Part shown: piece after piece, positions 8,426-18,180 of the stretch
How positions within the stretch are numbered: the stretch's first letter is position 1
Layout: every line of letters begins with the position of its first letter
From: an uncultured delta proteobacterium
Lineage (GTDB): Bacteria > Desulfobacterota > Syntrophia > Syntrophales > UBA5619
Assembly (NCBI GenBank): GCA_963817385.1
Contig: CAWFOM010000005.1
Location: 516,690 to 580,689, forward strand
Length of the DNA: 64,000 nt
Direction: 5' to 3'
Position numbers and translations under genes: made by a program
Notes under the pieces: generated by a model
Seen by the model: only the letters and a program-made list of their open reading frames with translations
Database searches by the model: none
Told to the model about the DNA's origin: nothing

Positions 8426-11400
8426 CCTCAATCGGAAGGGCAAAATAAAAGGTTGTCCCTTCATCCGCTCTGCTTTCCGCCCAGACTCGGCCGCCGTGCC
8501 GGTGGATGATCCGTTGGACGATGGCGAGTCCCACCCCGGTCCCCTCAAATTCGTCGCTGCTGTGCAGGCGCTGAAAAACGCCGAACAGTTTGTCGTGGTA
8601 TTGCATGTCAAATCCGACGCCGTTGTCCCGGATAAAATAGACGCACTCGCTTTCCTGTACATGCCCTCCCGCTTCGATGAGTGCCTCTTCCTTCCTCCTC
8701 GTGAACTTGACGGCGTTGGAGAGAATATTGATGAGAACCTGCTTGATCAGCCCCCGGTCTCCCCTGCCCGGGGGAATCTCCGTCATCTTCAGGGTCAGGC
8801 GCCTCTCCGGGCTGATGGTTTTCAGTTCTTCCCAGACATCTCTGATCAGCCTTTCCATGTCAAGCGTCACCATGGACGGTTGGGCTCGGCCGAGGCGGGA
8901 GAACGCCAGGAGATCATCGATGAGCTGGCTCATCATCCGGGTATTGTCCCGGATGGTATTAAATTTGCGCCGGGTGTCGTCATCAAATGTTTCGCCGTGC
9001 TTCCTGAGGATCATCCGGCTAAACCCGTCGATGGCCCGCAGCGGGGCGCGGAGGTCGTGAGATACCGTATAGCTGAAGCTCTCCAGCTCCTTGTTGGCGG
9101 CTTCAAGCTGTAGCGACCGATTTTCAAGAGCCTCTTCCGCCATCTTGCCTTCGGTGATGTCTTCGGAGAAGATGACGATGCCGCCGACTGCGCCCGCCGC
9201 ATCGTACCAGGGGCGTATTTCCCAGTGCACCCACTGCATCGACCCGTCGGCCCGCTCGAAGCGGTCCGCCTCGGCCCGCAGCACTTCTCCGGCGAGTCCG
9301 CGGCGGTAGGCCTCCCTCCATTCCGCGGATATCTCCGGGAAGACGTCGTAGTGGGAGATCCCGATCAAGGTACGGTCGCCGAGGCCGTAGTCGCTCCGCC
9401 AGCGGCGGCTCACGCTCAGATAGCGCATCTCGCGATCAAACATGGCGAGCGCCGCGGGGGCGTGTTCGATGAAAAGCCGCAGCCTCGTTTCGCTTTCCCG
9501 CAGCGCCTCTTCGGCCCACCGCAGATCGGTAATGTCCTGGATGGCCACCGCGCTGCCGACAATCTTCCCTCCGGCACCGTAAACGGGCGAGGCGCTGTTG
9601 ATGACAAAGGCGCGGGAGCCATCAAACCGTTGAATCTCCAGCATCTGTCCGGTGACGGATTCTCCCTTTTGTACGGCCCGGGCCGAAGCCCATTCTTCCG
9701 GACGGACAGGTTCGTCCGTGTCGACCCACCACGCCCGGTAAGCAGTGTCGCCGTCGATGGAATTCGCCGGCGGCTGCTGTCCGCTCCAGAGCTGTTCGTA
9801 GGCGAGGTTGGACTTCATTTTGCCTCCCTCGGCATCGGTGATTGCCACGCCGACCGGCAAGACCTCCATCACGGATTCCAGCAATCGCCTTCGCTCTTCC
9901 GCCTCCGTGCGGGCCGTCTCCAACTGCGCCGTGCGCTCGGCTACCCTCTGCTCCAGCGTCTCGTTGGACTCCTTGAGAGCCGCCTGAGCCCGCTTGATTT
10001 CGGTGACGTCGATTCCCATCTCCAGGATGAGAGGGGCGCCGTCGCTGTCCGTGAAGGGGTAGTCAAAGACGTCATAGTTGCGGCCGTCCGGGCCGGTCCA
10101 CTCCCAATGGTGGGGCTTCCCGGTTTTCAGAACGGCGTAGGTCTCGCAGATATCGCAGGGCGTCGTCCGCTGGAAGAGGTATTCGTGACAGCGCCTCCCG
10201 TGGGCCTCGCCGAACCGCTCCCGGAAGAACCGGTTGGCAAAAGGCACGTGATAATCCGGCGTCAGGAGCACTACGTAGGCCGGCAGCATCTCCAGAACAT
10301 TGTAGAAACGCCGCCTCTCCGCCTCAATCGCCTGGTAGGTCCTGTGGATCTCCTCAGTCTGACGGGCGACGCGCTCCTCCAGTTCGGCGTTCAGTTTGCG
10401 CAGGGACTCCTCAGCCCGCTTTCGTTTCGTGATGTTCCGGCCGTAGACGTTGAGGTAAGACTCCGCCGGAAACGGTGTGAGGGTGACGGCGTAGAAGCTC
10501 TCGCCCAGTTGGATTTCGCGATGGACTTCTGCTCCTGCGGCAATTGCCGGGGTGACATGCGGCAGGATCGGACCGGGCAGGGACTCACCCACTTTGCACG
10601 CCCATTCCCCGTTTCTTGCGGATGCCGGATTGCAATAGAGAATAACGCCTTCCGCCGATACGCGGAGGACCGGATTTGGGTTTTCCTCGGGAAACCGGGC
10701 CAGCCATGCCGCCCGTTTGTGGGCCTCGCGGAGCTCTTCCTCGGCCTGTTTGATATCCATGACGTCGACGAAGGTGATGACAATCCCCTCGATGCGGTCG
10801 TCCTGTGTCCGGTAGGGTGTGATGCGGCGGATGTACCACCGGTCGTCTTCGGCCCGCACTTCCTGCGAGCGGGGGGCCAGGTCCACGAGCACATGGTGGG
10901 CATCTTCCAGGAGCGCCTCGTCGGTGAAGCGCAGCAGGATGTCCGCAATCGGCCGGCCCATGTCGGAAGGGATCAGGCTCATCAGGCGGGTGATCGCCGG
11001 CGTGTAGCGCTTGATCCTGAACTTCTTATCCAGAAACAGGGTGGCGATGCTGGTGCTTGCCAGCAGGTTCACCACGTCGTCGTTCGTGCTTTCCAGCTCG
11101 TCGACCTTCTCCTGAAGGCGGAGGTTGATGGTGTTGAGCTCCTCGTTGAGGGACTGGAGTTCCTCCTTCGAGGTTTCCATCTCCTCGTTGGCCGACTGGA
11201 GCTCCTCATTGGCCGCCATAACCTCTTCGTTGGAGGCCTTGAGCTGGTCGTTGGAGCCCTCCAGTTGGTCGATGGTGCTCTGGAGCTCCTCGCGGGTGAT
11301 CTTCAGTTCATCCGCCAGTTGATGAATGTCTATCTCCCCCGCGGATTGCCGGCCGGACTTCGCGGCAGGGAGTTGATCTTCGAAGGTGATCAAAAGCAGG

Positions 11401-13286
11401 CCGTCGGTCTCTCTCAGGTGCCTCAGGTGGCTGACCGTGGCTTTGACCGGTACGGATTTCTCGCCGCGCCGGGTGTGGGCGGTCAAGGAGACCAGCCGAC
11501 CGGTCTCGATGCATTTGTCGATTGCCCCGCGCAGCCGGGCCCGCAGGCCTTCCCTGGCCATGTCTACGACCCGGGTTGTCAGTTCGCCCGCCGGGATGGT
11601 CAGATAGTTCTCGATTATACCGTGTGCATAAAGCACCCGGAGTTTGCGGTCGATCATCACGCAGGCAGGAGAAAACCGGTCCAGAAGGAGTTGCTGGGCA
11701 ATTGAAGTCAGGCTCAGCCTGGGCGTCATAGGCACGGTCGGGGGATTGACCGGCGTTGACCGGGGCTCGCCCGCGTGACAAGCCGGGATTTCAACGCTGA
11801 TGCGGTGTCCGACGCCGATGCGGCGATAGATCCGCCATTTCTTCGAGACCGGCTCGAAAAGATCCTCCCGGTCCCCGGTCGTCTCGGCATTGCCTAAAAA
11901 CAGAAAGCCTCCGTCGTGCAGCGCGAAATGGAACAAGGTGATGATTTTCTTCTGCACCTGCTGGTCGAGGTAAATCAGGAGGTTGCGGCAGATGATCAGG
12001 TCCAGCCGGGAGAAGGGCGGATCGGCCGTGATGTTCTGCGCGGCGAACACGATCCGCTCGCGGATGCTCTTGATGACCTGATAGTGGCCGTCCCTGCGGG
12101 AAAAGAATCTCTTGAGCCGCTCGGCCGAGACGTTCTCGCCGACATCTGCGGCCGCATAGCTGCCGGTGCGGGCCTTTGCCAATGCGGCGAAATCGGCATC
12201 GGTGGCGAAGATCTGAAAGCCCGTTTTTCTGCCTGCCTTCTCCGCCTGCTCGGTCAGCAGCATGGCCAGGCTGTATGCCTCCTTGCCCGAGGAGCAGCCG
12301 GGAACCCAGACCCGGATCTCCGACTCCGGCATGGTAGTTTCCATGAGCTGCGCAAGGACCCTCTTCTCAAGGGTTTCCCAGGCCGGCGGCTGGCGAAAGA
12401 AGTCCGTCACGCCGATGAGCAGGTCTTTTTGCAGCAGGGCGACCTCGTCCGGATGTTCCAAGAGATATCGGGCATAGTCATCCATGGATGCAAATCTTCC
12501 CAGCGTCATCCTCCGGCGGGTCCGCCGCACGAGGGTGCTTGGCTTGTAGCAGCGAAAGTCGTGCCCCACCCTGGATCGCAGGGTGTCCAGGACGGACCGC
12601 AGGCCGGCTTCCATTTCCGGTGAAGCCGCCCTGTCATGTCGGGCGGCCTCGATCATCTGTTTAGCGATTGCGACGACGGCGCCGGCCATGGCCCCGGCCG
12701 GTAGCACCGCGTCCGCCACACCGGCGTTGATGGCGCTTTGGGGCATACCGGGAAACTTGGCGCTCTTCGGGTCTTCCACCAAAGTCCTGCCGCCCGCCGC
12801 CCTGATCTCCGACAATCCCAGGGTGCCGTCGCTGCCGTCGCCCGACAGCACGATGCCGCCGCATCGCGTGCGCCGGTCGGAGGCCAGGGAGCAGAAGAAG
12901 TGATCGATCGGCATCAGCAGGCCGTTGCAGTGAACCGGTTCCTGAAAGGTAAGTTTGCTTGCGGCCATGTTGAGAAACTGGTCGGGCGGCATGACGTGGA
13001 TACGGTCAGGCTGGACCGTCATGCCGTTCGCCGCCTCGACCACATCCAGCGCCGTTTGACTCTTTAGGAGGTTGACCAGGTTTCTCTTTGATAATTCCGG
13101 ATGATGGATCAGGACGAAGGCCACGCCCTGCCCGGCAGGCATCCCGGCGAGGAGCTTCTTGAGGGACTTCAGTGCGCCTGCCGCGGCGCCGATACCCACC
13201 ACGACGGCCGGGAGCTCATTTCCCATCGTCTCGTCGTTGAAGGCGGCTTCCATAACCGCCGAATGCAACGAACATTTCTTTTTCAT
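8400..13286 (-). CDS. CheB-CheR-PAS/PAC sensor histidine kinase fusion
   Basis: CheB-like N-terminus ([14 protein letters not shown]); CheR ([27 protein letters not shown]); coiled coil EELQSxNEEL; several PAS domains; H-box [14 protein letters not shown] boxes. Confidence 0.95.
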   Translation of the reverse strand: MKKKCSLHSAVMEAAFNDETMGNELPAVVVGIGAAAGALKSLKKLLAGMPAGQGVAFVLIHHPELSKRNLVNLLKSQTALDVVEAANGMTVQPDRIHVMPPDQFLNMAASKLTFQEPVHCNGLLMPIDHFFCSLASDRRTRCGGIVLSGDGSDGTLGLSEIRAAGGRTLVEDPKSAKFPGMPQSAINAGVADAVLPAGAMAGAVVAIAKQMIEAARHDRAASPEMEAGLRSVLDTLRSRVGHDFRCYKPSTLVRRTRRRMTLGRFASMDDYARYLLEHPDEVALLQKDLLIGVTDFFRQPPAWETLEKRVLAQLMETTMPESEIRVWVPGCSSGKEAYSLAMLLTEQAEKAGRKTGFQIFATDADFAALAKARTGSYAAADVGENVSAERLKRFFSRRDGHYQVIKSIRERIVFAAQNITADPPFSRLDLIICRNLLIYLDQQVQKKIITLFHFALHDGGFLFLGNAETTGDREDLFEPVSKKWRIYRRIGVGHRISVEIPACHAGEPRSTPVNPPTVPMTPRLSLTSIAQQLLLDRFSPACVMIDRKLRVLYAHGIIENYLTIPAGELTTRVVDMAREGLRARLRGAIDKCIETGRLVSLTAHTRRGEKSVPVKATVSHLRHLRETDGLLLITFEDQLPAAKSGRQSAGEIDIHQLADELKITREELQSTIDQLEGSNDQLKASNEEVMAANEELQSANEEMETSKEELQSLNEELNTINLRLQEKVDELESTNDDVVNLLASTSIATLFLDKKFRIKRYTPAITRLMSLIPSDMGRPIADILLRFTDEALLEDAHHVLVDLAPRSQEVRAEDDRWYIRRITPYRTQDDRIEGIVITFVDVMDIKQAEEELREAHKRAAWLARFPEENPNPVLRVSAEGVILYCNPASARNGEWACKVGESLPGPILPHVTPAIAAGAEVHREIQLGESFYAVTLTPFPAESYLNVYGRNITKRKRAEESLRKLNAELEERVARQTEEIHRTYQAIEAERRRFYNVLEMLPAYVVLLTPDYHVPFANRFFRERFGEAHGRRCHEYLFQRTTPCDICETYAVLKTGKPHHWEWTGPDGRNYDVFDYPFTDSDGAPLILEMGIDVTEIKRAQAALKESNETLEQRVAERTAQLETARTEAEERRRLLESVMEVLPVGVAITDAEGGKMKSNLAYEQLWSGQQPPANSIDGDTAYRAWWVDTDEPVRPEEWASARAVQKGESVTGQMLEIQRFDGSRAFVINSASPVYGAGGKIVGSAVAIQDITDLRWAEEALRESETRLRLFIEHAPAALAMFDREMRYLSVSRRWRSDYGLGDRTLIGISHYDVFPEISAEWREAYRRGLAGEVLRAEADRFERADGSMQWVHWEIRPWYDAAGAVGGIVIFSEDITEGKMAEEALENRSLQLEAANKELESFSYTVSHDLRAPLRAIDGFSRMILRKHGETFDDDTRRKFNTIRDNTRMMSQLIDDLLAFSRLGRAQPSMVTLDMERLIRDVWEELKTISPERRLTLKMTEIPPGRGDRGLIKQVLINILSNAVKFTRRKEEALIEAGGHVQESECVYFIRDNGVGFDMQYHDKLFGVFQRLHSSDEFEGTGVGLAIVQRIIHRHGGRVWAESRADEGTTFYFALPIEATGFGEKT

Positions 13287-13316
13287 ATGGCTCTCCGGGG
13301 TGTTGCGATGTGTGGC

Positions 13317-13346
13317 AAAAAAACAGACGGTTCATACCCATCTGTT
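13317..13346 (-). terminator. Intrinsic terminator-like hairpin in the 5' leader of the CheBR kinase
   Basis: Minus strand AACAGATGG-GTATGAA-CCGTCTGTT followed by a T-run, about 30 nt before the ATG at 13286. Confidence 0.65.
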
Positions 13347-13365
13347 CCTCACGGTTGACTGGACG

Positions 13366-13487
13366 GCATTGAAGCTCTCCGTGAGCAAGCCGCGGAGAAT
13401 CTTCGATCCTTGAGAGGGGAAAACCATTTTTTGCTCGCTTACCCCGCAGCAAACCGCGGGGAATGTACTTGCCGGCAAATTCAATGC
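13366..13487. repeat. Palindromic miniature element (REP/PATE/MITE-like) with two GC hairpins
   Basis: Bounded by the inverted repeat GCATTGAA/TTCAATGC; hairpins CTCCGTGAGCAAGCCGCGGAG and CCCCGCAGCAAACCGCGGGG, both followed by AAT. Confidence 0.6.
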
Positions 13488-13508
13488 GAAGCGTTACTGT
13501 GCGGCAGA

Positions 13509-13538
13509 AGTATAGACAGGATGGTCCTGTTATGTCAA
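13509..13538 (-). promoter_or_regulatory. Putative sigma70 promoter of the CheBR leader
   Basis: Minus strand TTGACA-18 nt-TATACT. Confidence 0.65.
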
Positions 13539-13651
13539 TCAATTAATGTCGGCTCCGCACTGCACCGTATCTGAGAAAGCGATGAGAGCCGGTCCGGCCG
13601 CTTCCTTGGGCGAGATCACGACGACCTGTCTGTTGTGATAAAAAAACCTCA

Positions 13652-13680
13652 TTGACATACGGGGAGGCTTCTCTTATCTT
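13652..13680 (+). promoter_or_regulatory. Putative sigma70 promoter (divergent, for the AKR gene)
   Basis: TTGACA-17 nt-TATCTT. Confidence 0.5.
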
Positions 13681-13806
13681 CATTATAGATACGGCACGTA
13701 TTAATGAGCGAAATAGGTGGGTAAATTTGAGGACGGGCAGGAGCCTTGGGGGAAAACTTTACCGCGTACCGTATCGTGGCAAACAGTGTATGAGGGGGGC
13801 ACGTTC

Positions 13807-15249
13807 ATGAAACAACTCATCATGCGCAGACTGGGAAGGACCGAACGGCAGGTAACCACTCTCGGTCTCGGCGGCCAGGGATCGATTCAGTGGCCCGCGG
13901 AGGGGGTGGATCCCGTCGCCATCATCGAAAAGGCCTATCGACTCGGTATCAACTACCTGGACACGTCCAACATTTACGGGCCGAGCCAGAAAAACTTCGG
14001 GGAAGCTTTCCGCCGCCTGGGGCTCTCTCCGGCGGCGGCCAACTACGATCCCGCAGCCCGTGGGCGTGTCTTCATTGCCAGTAAAACCCACATCCGTTCG
14101 GCGCGCCGCCCGGAGGGAAAGCGCTTCCGCACCGATTACAGCGAAGGCATGCTGGACGGCTTTAATGTCTCGACGGCTCTCGACGACGTTCGCCGCTCCT
14201 TGAGCCTGATGTTCGGCGACGGCCGGGGGGACTATCCGGAAGGTGCCTATCTGGATAGTCTGCAATTCCATAACTTGAACACCATGGACGAAGTCGACAT
14301 GCTCTTTGAAGGCTTCGACGACCCGAGGCCCGACCGTGATTGGATGGGGGCGCTCGCGGCAATGGTCGACCTGCGCGACGGCACGAACAGGACCGGATGC
14401 AATCCCAAGCGGGAAAAGCTGCTCCGCCACATCGGCATCACCGGGCACTGGAACTCCGCGGCCCATATCTACGCCATCCAGCGGGACAGCCGGCGCGTCC
14501 TCGATACCCTCCTCGTCTCGATCAATCCCAGCGACGGCAAGTACCTGGCGCACCGGCACAATGCCATAGCGGTGGCTGCGGCGGCCGATATGGGAGTGAT
14601 CGGCATGAAGATTTTTGCTGACGCCGCCTACTATCACAAGGAGCCGAAGTTCTCCGATTCGCCCGACCATGTCTATCACGGAGTCGGCTCCCCCGAACTG
14701 CCGAGCCGGGAGCTGATGCGGTACGCCCTCTCCGTCCATGGGGTGAGCACGATCATCGTCGGGATCGGCCATATCGACGACGCAACCGATGCGTGCCAGC
14801 TTACCCAGAATCTCACTGCCGCCCAGTTGGCAAAGCCGCTGGACCCAGAGGCGATGGCGGCTGTTGAGGCCGGGGTCACCGCGGCGGGAAAAGACCCGGC
14901 CAATGCGTACTTTCAGCGGAAAGCAATCGGGCTCACCGCGCCCCGGAACGTCGGCGTCGAAGCCGACAGCTCCATGCCGATGATGGGCCGCACCGCAGTC
15001 CGCATCTCGTGGGATACCGCCTATGCCGGCGCTGCCCCGATTAAGCGCTACGATGTACTCCGCGACGGCAAGGTCGTCGGGAGCGTCCCGCACACCCCCC
15101 AGTTCACGACCCAGCGGTTTCACTATGACGATATCTTCGACGAGGGCCGGTTGACCGGTTCCCATCGCTACTGCGTGCGGGCCGTTGATGCGGCCGGCGC
15201 TGCGGCAGACAGTGCGACGCTGGCGGCCGACCCCGGGACGGCTGCCTGA
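13807..15249 (+). CDS. Aldo/keto reductase with a C-terminal fibronectin-III-like domain
   Basis: RRLGRT...LGLGG, GINYLDTSNIYG, ASKT, YLDSLQFH, HIGITGH, GVIGMK; C-terminal APRNV...VRISWD...YDVLRDG...YCVRAVDAAG. Confidence 0.85.
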   Translation: MKQLIMRRLGRTERQVTTLGLGGQGSIQWPAEGVDPVAIIEKAYRLGINYLDTSNIYGPSQKNFGEAFRRLGLSPAAANYDPAARGRVFIASKTHIRSARRPEGKRFRTDYSEGMLDGFNVSTALDDVRRSLSLMFGDGRGDYPEGAYLDSLQFHNLNTMDEVDMLFEGFDDPRPDRDWMGALAAMVDLRDGTNRTGCNPKREKLLRHIGITGHWNSAAHIYAIQRDSRRVLDTLLVSINPSDGKYLAHRHNAIAVAAAADMGVIGMKIFADAAYYHKEPKFSDSPDHVYHGVGSPELPSRELMRYALSVHGVSTIIVGIGHIDDATDACQLTQNLTAAQLAKPLDPEAMAAVEAGVTAAGKDPANAYFQRKAIGLTAPRNVGVEADSSMPMMGRTAVRISWDTAYAGAAPIKRYDVLRDGKVVGSVPHTPQFTTQRFHYDDIFDEGRLTGSHRYCVRAVDAAGAAADSATLAADPGTAA

Positions 15250-15371
15250 TATCACCCGAGCAAGACCAAGCCGTGGGGCGGCGCCCCATTACCCGGTGCG
15301 GGAAAGGCGTCAAATATTTTGTAGTACGAGGTGAGGGCGGATCACCATGGACAGACTCGATACCATAGGAG

Positions 15372-15387
15372 TGTCAACTCTTTGACA
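15372..15387. promoter_or_regulatory. Palindrome, candidate activator/TF site
   Basis: TGTCAA-CTCT-TTGACA, about 105 nt upstream of the sigma54-like box. Confidence 0.4.
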
Positions 15388-15491
15388 GAAAATGTCCAGA
15401 TCGCGGAGAGGGAACCTTGGCGTCTGTGGTATCCGGGGCGCTGATCGCAATTTTGATACGGGTTTCGCTATGCGTCCTCATGAATCTTTTT

Positions 15492-15507
15492 TGGCAAGAT
15501 GTTTGCA
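15492..15507 (+). promoter_or_regulatory. sigma54 (-24/-12) promoter
   Basis: TGGCAA-GATGT-TTGCA matches the TGGCAC-N5-TTGCW consensus with correct spacing. Confidence 0.65.
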
Positions 15508-15559
15508 TTAATTGTATGTTGTGCCGTAATCTTTTCCGAATACTCAAAGAGCAGGGAGG

Positions 15560-16789
15560 ATGCCCCGTACTTGTATGATCTCTATCCATCATATCGCACC
15601 ATCTGAACTTCATAGAATACGTATAGCCTGTTCCTACCTTTTCTCCCCGGCACTTGCCCATGAGCACACATTCCTGTCAGGTCTGGACGGTAGTACCCTG
15701 AGAAATGCCTTCAGAGACAAGGCCAAGCGTTACCACCCCGACCTTCACGGGCACGAACCCGAGGAGATGCTGGAAAGGCGAAGGGAAAGGTTCATAAAGA
15801 TCAAGGAGTCCTATGATCTGCTTAATGGTCATATCCAAGAGGAGAGCCAGACGACTCCTCTAAACAGGGCCAGGAAGAGGAAAATCATTGCTGTGGGAGG
15901 GGCCAAGGGCGGTATCGGCAAAAGCATTATCGTGGCCAATCTCGCTGCCTACCTTTGTTCCCGGGGAAACAAGACCGTTGCAGTGGATCTGGATCTCGGA
16001 GGGGCCAATCTGCACCTCTACCTGGGAGAGACACAGGTCACGCACTCGGTGAACGACTTCCTGAGCAAACAAGCGGGGTCCTTGCAGGAGATCATGATGC
16101 CCACGAAGTATGGCCCCCTTTTGATTGGAGGGGACAGTTCACATCTTGGGGCGGGGAATATCGGTTTTGCGAGGAAGCTCAAATTACTCAAGGCGATCAG
16201 AGCGCTGGATGCCGATTATGTGATTCTCGACCTGGGAGGAGATACCTCTTACAACATGATTGACTTCTTTCTTTCTGCTGATGAAGGCATCGTCCTCACC
16301 TCCTGCGACCCTGCCTCCTACCTGGATGCATACAATTTCATCAAGGTATCTCTGTACCGGAAACTGAGCCGGTTATATGGACCTGAGTCTGATCGTGAGG
16401 GGGAGAAGGACGAGGAACTGGAGGGTCTCATCCGTGAAATGTTGGCTTCCGACAATGGCAAAGAGGTGAAGCACATTCGAGGTTTCCTTGAAAAGATCAG
16501 GGCTGCGAGGCCTGAAAGCCTGGCAACGATCAAGGAAGTTCTCTCCGGCTTCAGGCCCCATCTTCTGGTGAATATGGTGGGCAGCGATTCGGATGAAAAA
16601 AGCGTCATTGCCCGCATCCAGGAGGTCTCGAAGAAGATGCTCATGATCCATGTGAAATCGCTTGGAATACTCCCTTATCTGGATCAGGTCAAGAAGAGCG
16701 CAGTCACACTGACACCTGCCGTGCTCAGCGGACAGAAAGGGCCGCTGACCAAGAAACTGGCGGAGATTGTCGACGCCATGGAGGCATAG
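15560..16789 (+). CDS. J-domain (DnaJ-like) fused to a MinD/ParA/FlhG-family ATPase
   Basis: LRNAFRDKAKRYHPD...FIKIKESYDLL, then GAKGGIGKS deviant Walker A, VDLDLGGANLH and YVILDLG. Confidence 0.88.
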   Translation: MPRTCMISIHHIAPSELHRIRIACSYLFSPALAHEHTFLSGLDGSTLRNAFRDKAKRYHPDLHGHEPEEMLERRRERFIKIKESYDLLNGHIQEESQTTPLNRARKRKIIAVGGAKGGIGKSIIVANLAAYLCSRGNKTVAVDLDLGGANLHLYLGETQVTHSVNDFLSKQAGSLQEIMMPTKYGPLLIGGDSSHLGAGNIGFARKLKLLKAIRALDADYVILDLGGDTSYNMIDFFLSADEGIVLTSCDPASYLDAYNFIKVSLYRKLSRLYGPESDREGEKDEELEGLIREMLASDNGKEVKHIRGFLEKIRAARPESLATIKEVLSGFRPHLLVNMVGSDSDEKSVIARIQEVSKKMLMIHVKSLGILPYLDQVKKSAVTLTPAVLSGQKGPLTKKLAEIVDAMEA

Positions 16790-16833
16790 ATCAAACGTCA
16801 GTGGAGACACATACAGAGTGAGGACGGGTCACC

Positions 16834-17556
16834 ATGGATACCAACGTTTCGGTTGGACTGGCATTCCTAGCCGGTCTGGCCTCTTTTTTTTCCCCCTGTG
16901 TCTTCTCGCTGGTTCCGGCGTATATCGGCTACCTGGGCGGCCGGGCGGCCGGGGGCGAAACCGGGCCCGGGAATCGTTTCGCGACCTTTACGCACGGCCT
17001 GGCGTTTGTGTTGGGTTTCAGTGTTGTCTTTGTACTTCTCGGCGTCGCGGCATCCGCCTTTGGCTCCCTGCTTACCGAGATGCGCGCCTGGGTGGCCCGC
17101 ATCGGCGGGATCGTGGTGATCGTTTTCGGTCTGCATATGACCGGCGTTTACCGTCTCCGGTTCCTGGAATACGATGTGCGCATCCATACCGATCCCGATC
17201 GCGCGTGGGGGTATCTCTCGTCATTCCTGATGGGCGTCTTCTTCTCGGCCGGCTGGTCGCCGTGCATCGGTCCGGTCCTGGGGGCAATCCTGACGCTGGC
17301 GATCACCGGCGGTTCCACGGCGTCGGGTGTCAAGTTGCTCACTTCATACTCCCTTGGTTTGGCGATCCCGTTTTTGATCGCCGCCCTGACGATCGGGTGG
17401 CTATCGGGGCGACTCGGTCGATACGGCAAGGCGATGCACACAATCGAGGTGGGAATGGGCGCAATACTGGTCATCGTCGGCCTGATGCTCTTTTTTGATT
17501 TGTTTCAACGGATCTCAACCTATGGGCAGTTCTTCTGGGTCGATTTTGGCCTTTAA
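16834..17556 (+). CDS. ccdA: Cytochrome c biogenesis protein CcdA (DsbD TM domain)
   Basis: AFLAGLASFFSPCV and GWSPCIGPVLGAIL; 6 TM segments. Confidence 0.92.
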   Translation: MDTNVSVGLAFLAGLASFFSPCVFSLVPAYIGYLGGRAAGGETGPGNRFATFTHGLAFVLGFSVVFVLLGVAASAFGSLLTEMRAWVARIGGIVVIVFGLHMTGVYRLRFLEYDVRIHTDPDRAWGYLSSFLMGVFFSAGWSPCIGPVLGAILTLAITGGSTASGVKLLTSYSLGLAIPFLIAALTIGWLSGRLGRYGKAMHTIEVGMGAILVIVGLMLFFDLFQRISTYGQFFWVDFGL

Positions 17557-17573
17557 CGATTTTCCAGGCAGCG

Positions 17574-18158
17574 GTGGATACAGTGGCAGAAAAAAAAGTA
17601 CACCCGGGCGATAGAGGGAGCGTTAAAACTATCGGCCTCCTTGTCCTCATTATCATGGCCGTTGTGGTCGTCATCTTGCTGCAGGGGAAGGATGCATTAT
17701 TCAAACCGTCTCAGAAAACCCGGGTCGCGCAGGGGCTTCCCGCGCCGACATTCATTTTTCCCGGACTCGACGGCAAAGCGATCGACTTGCAAGCCTACAA
17801 GGGCAAAGTGGTCTTCGTCAATATCTGGGCCACGTGGTGCCCCCCGTGCAGGGAAGAGATGCCGTCGATGGAAAGGCTGTATCAAGAGTTAAAAGGTGAG
17901 GATTTTGAAATCCTGGCAGTTAGTGTTGACGGGGCAGGGGCCGCGGTTGTCGCCCCGTTCATGAAAAAATACCACCTGAGTTTCCCCGCCCTGCTCGATC
18001 CCAAGGGTACAACGCAAGACCTCTTTGGGACGACCGGCGTTCCAGAAAGCTTTATCATCAACAGGGAAGGGGTTATTGAAAAGATCGTTATCGGCCCGAT
18101 GGACTGGGCTACCCCCGAAGTTGTCCGTTATTTCCGGGATCTGATTCAAAAAAGATAA
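17574..18158 (+). CDS. TlpA/ResA-type membrane-anchored thioredoxin
   Basis: N-terminal TM segment; NIWATWCPPCREEMP; GVPESFII. Confidence 0.93.
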   Translation: MDTVAEKKVHPGDRGSVKTIGLLVLIIMAVVVVILLQGKDALFKPSQKTRVAQGLPAPTFIFPGLDGKAIDLQAYKGKVVFVNIWATWCPPCREEMPSMERLYQELKGEDFEILAVSVDGAGAAVVAPFMKKYHLSFPALLDPKGTTQDLFGTTGVPESFIINREGVIEKIVIGPMDWATPEVVRYFRDLIQKR

Positions 18159-18180
18159 AGCCGCGGGCAAAGGGGGACTC

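Noticed and set aside
9225..11705. 826-aa plus-strand ORF and other long antisense ORFs (13759-15255, 50347-52356, 55292-56983, 58723-60969)
   Set aside because: Shadow ORFs opposite well-supported genes in GC-rich DNA; no recognisable motifs
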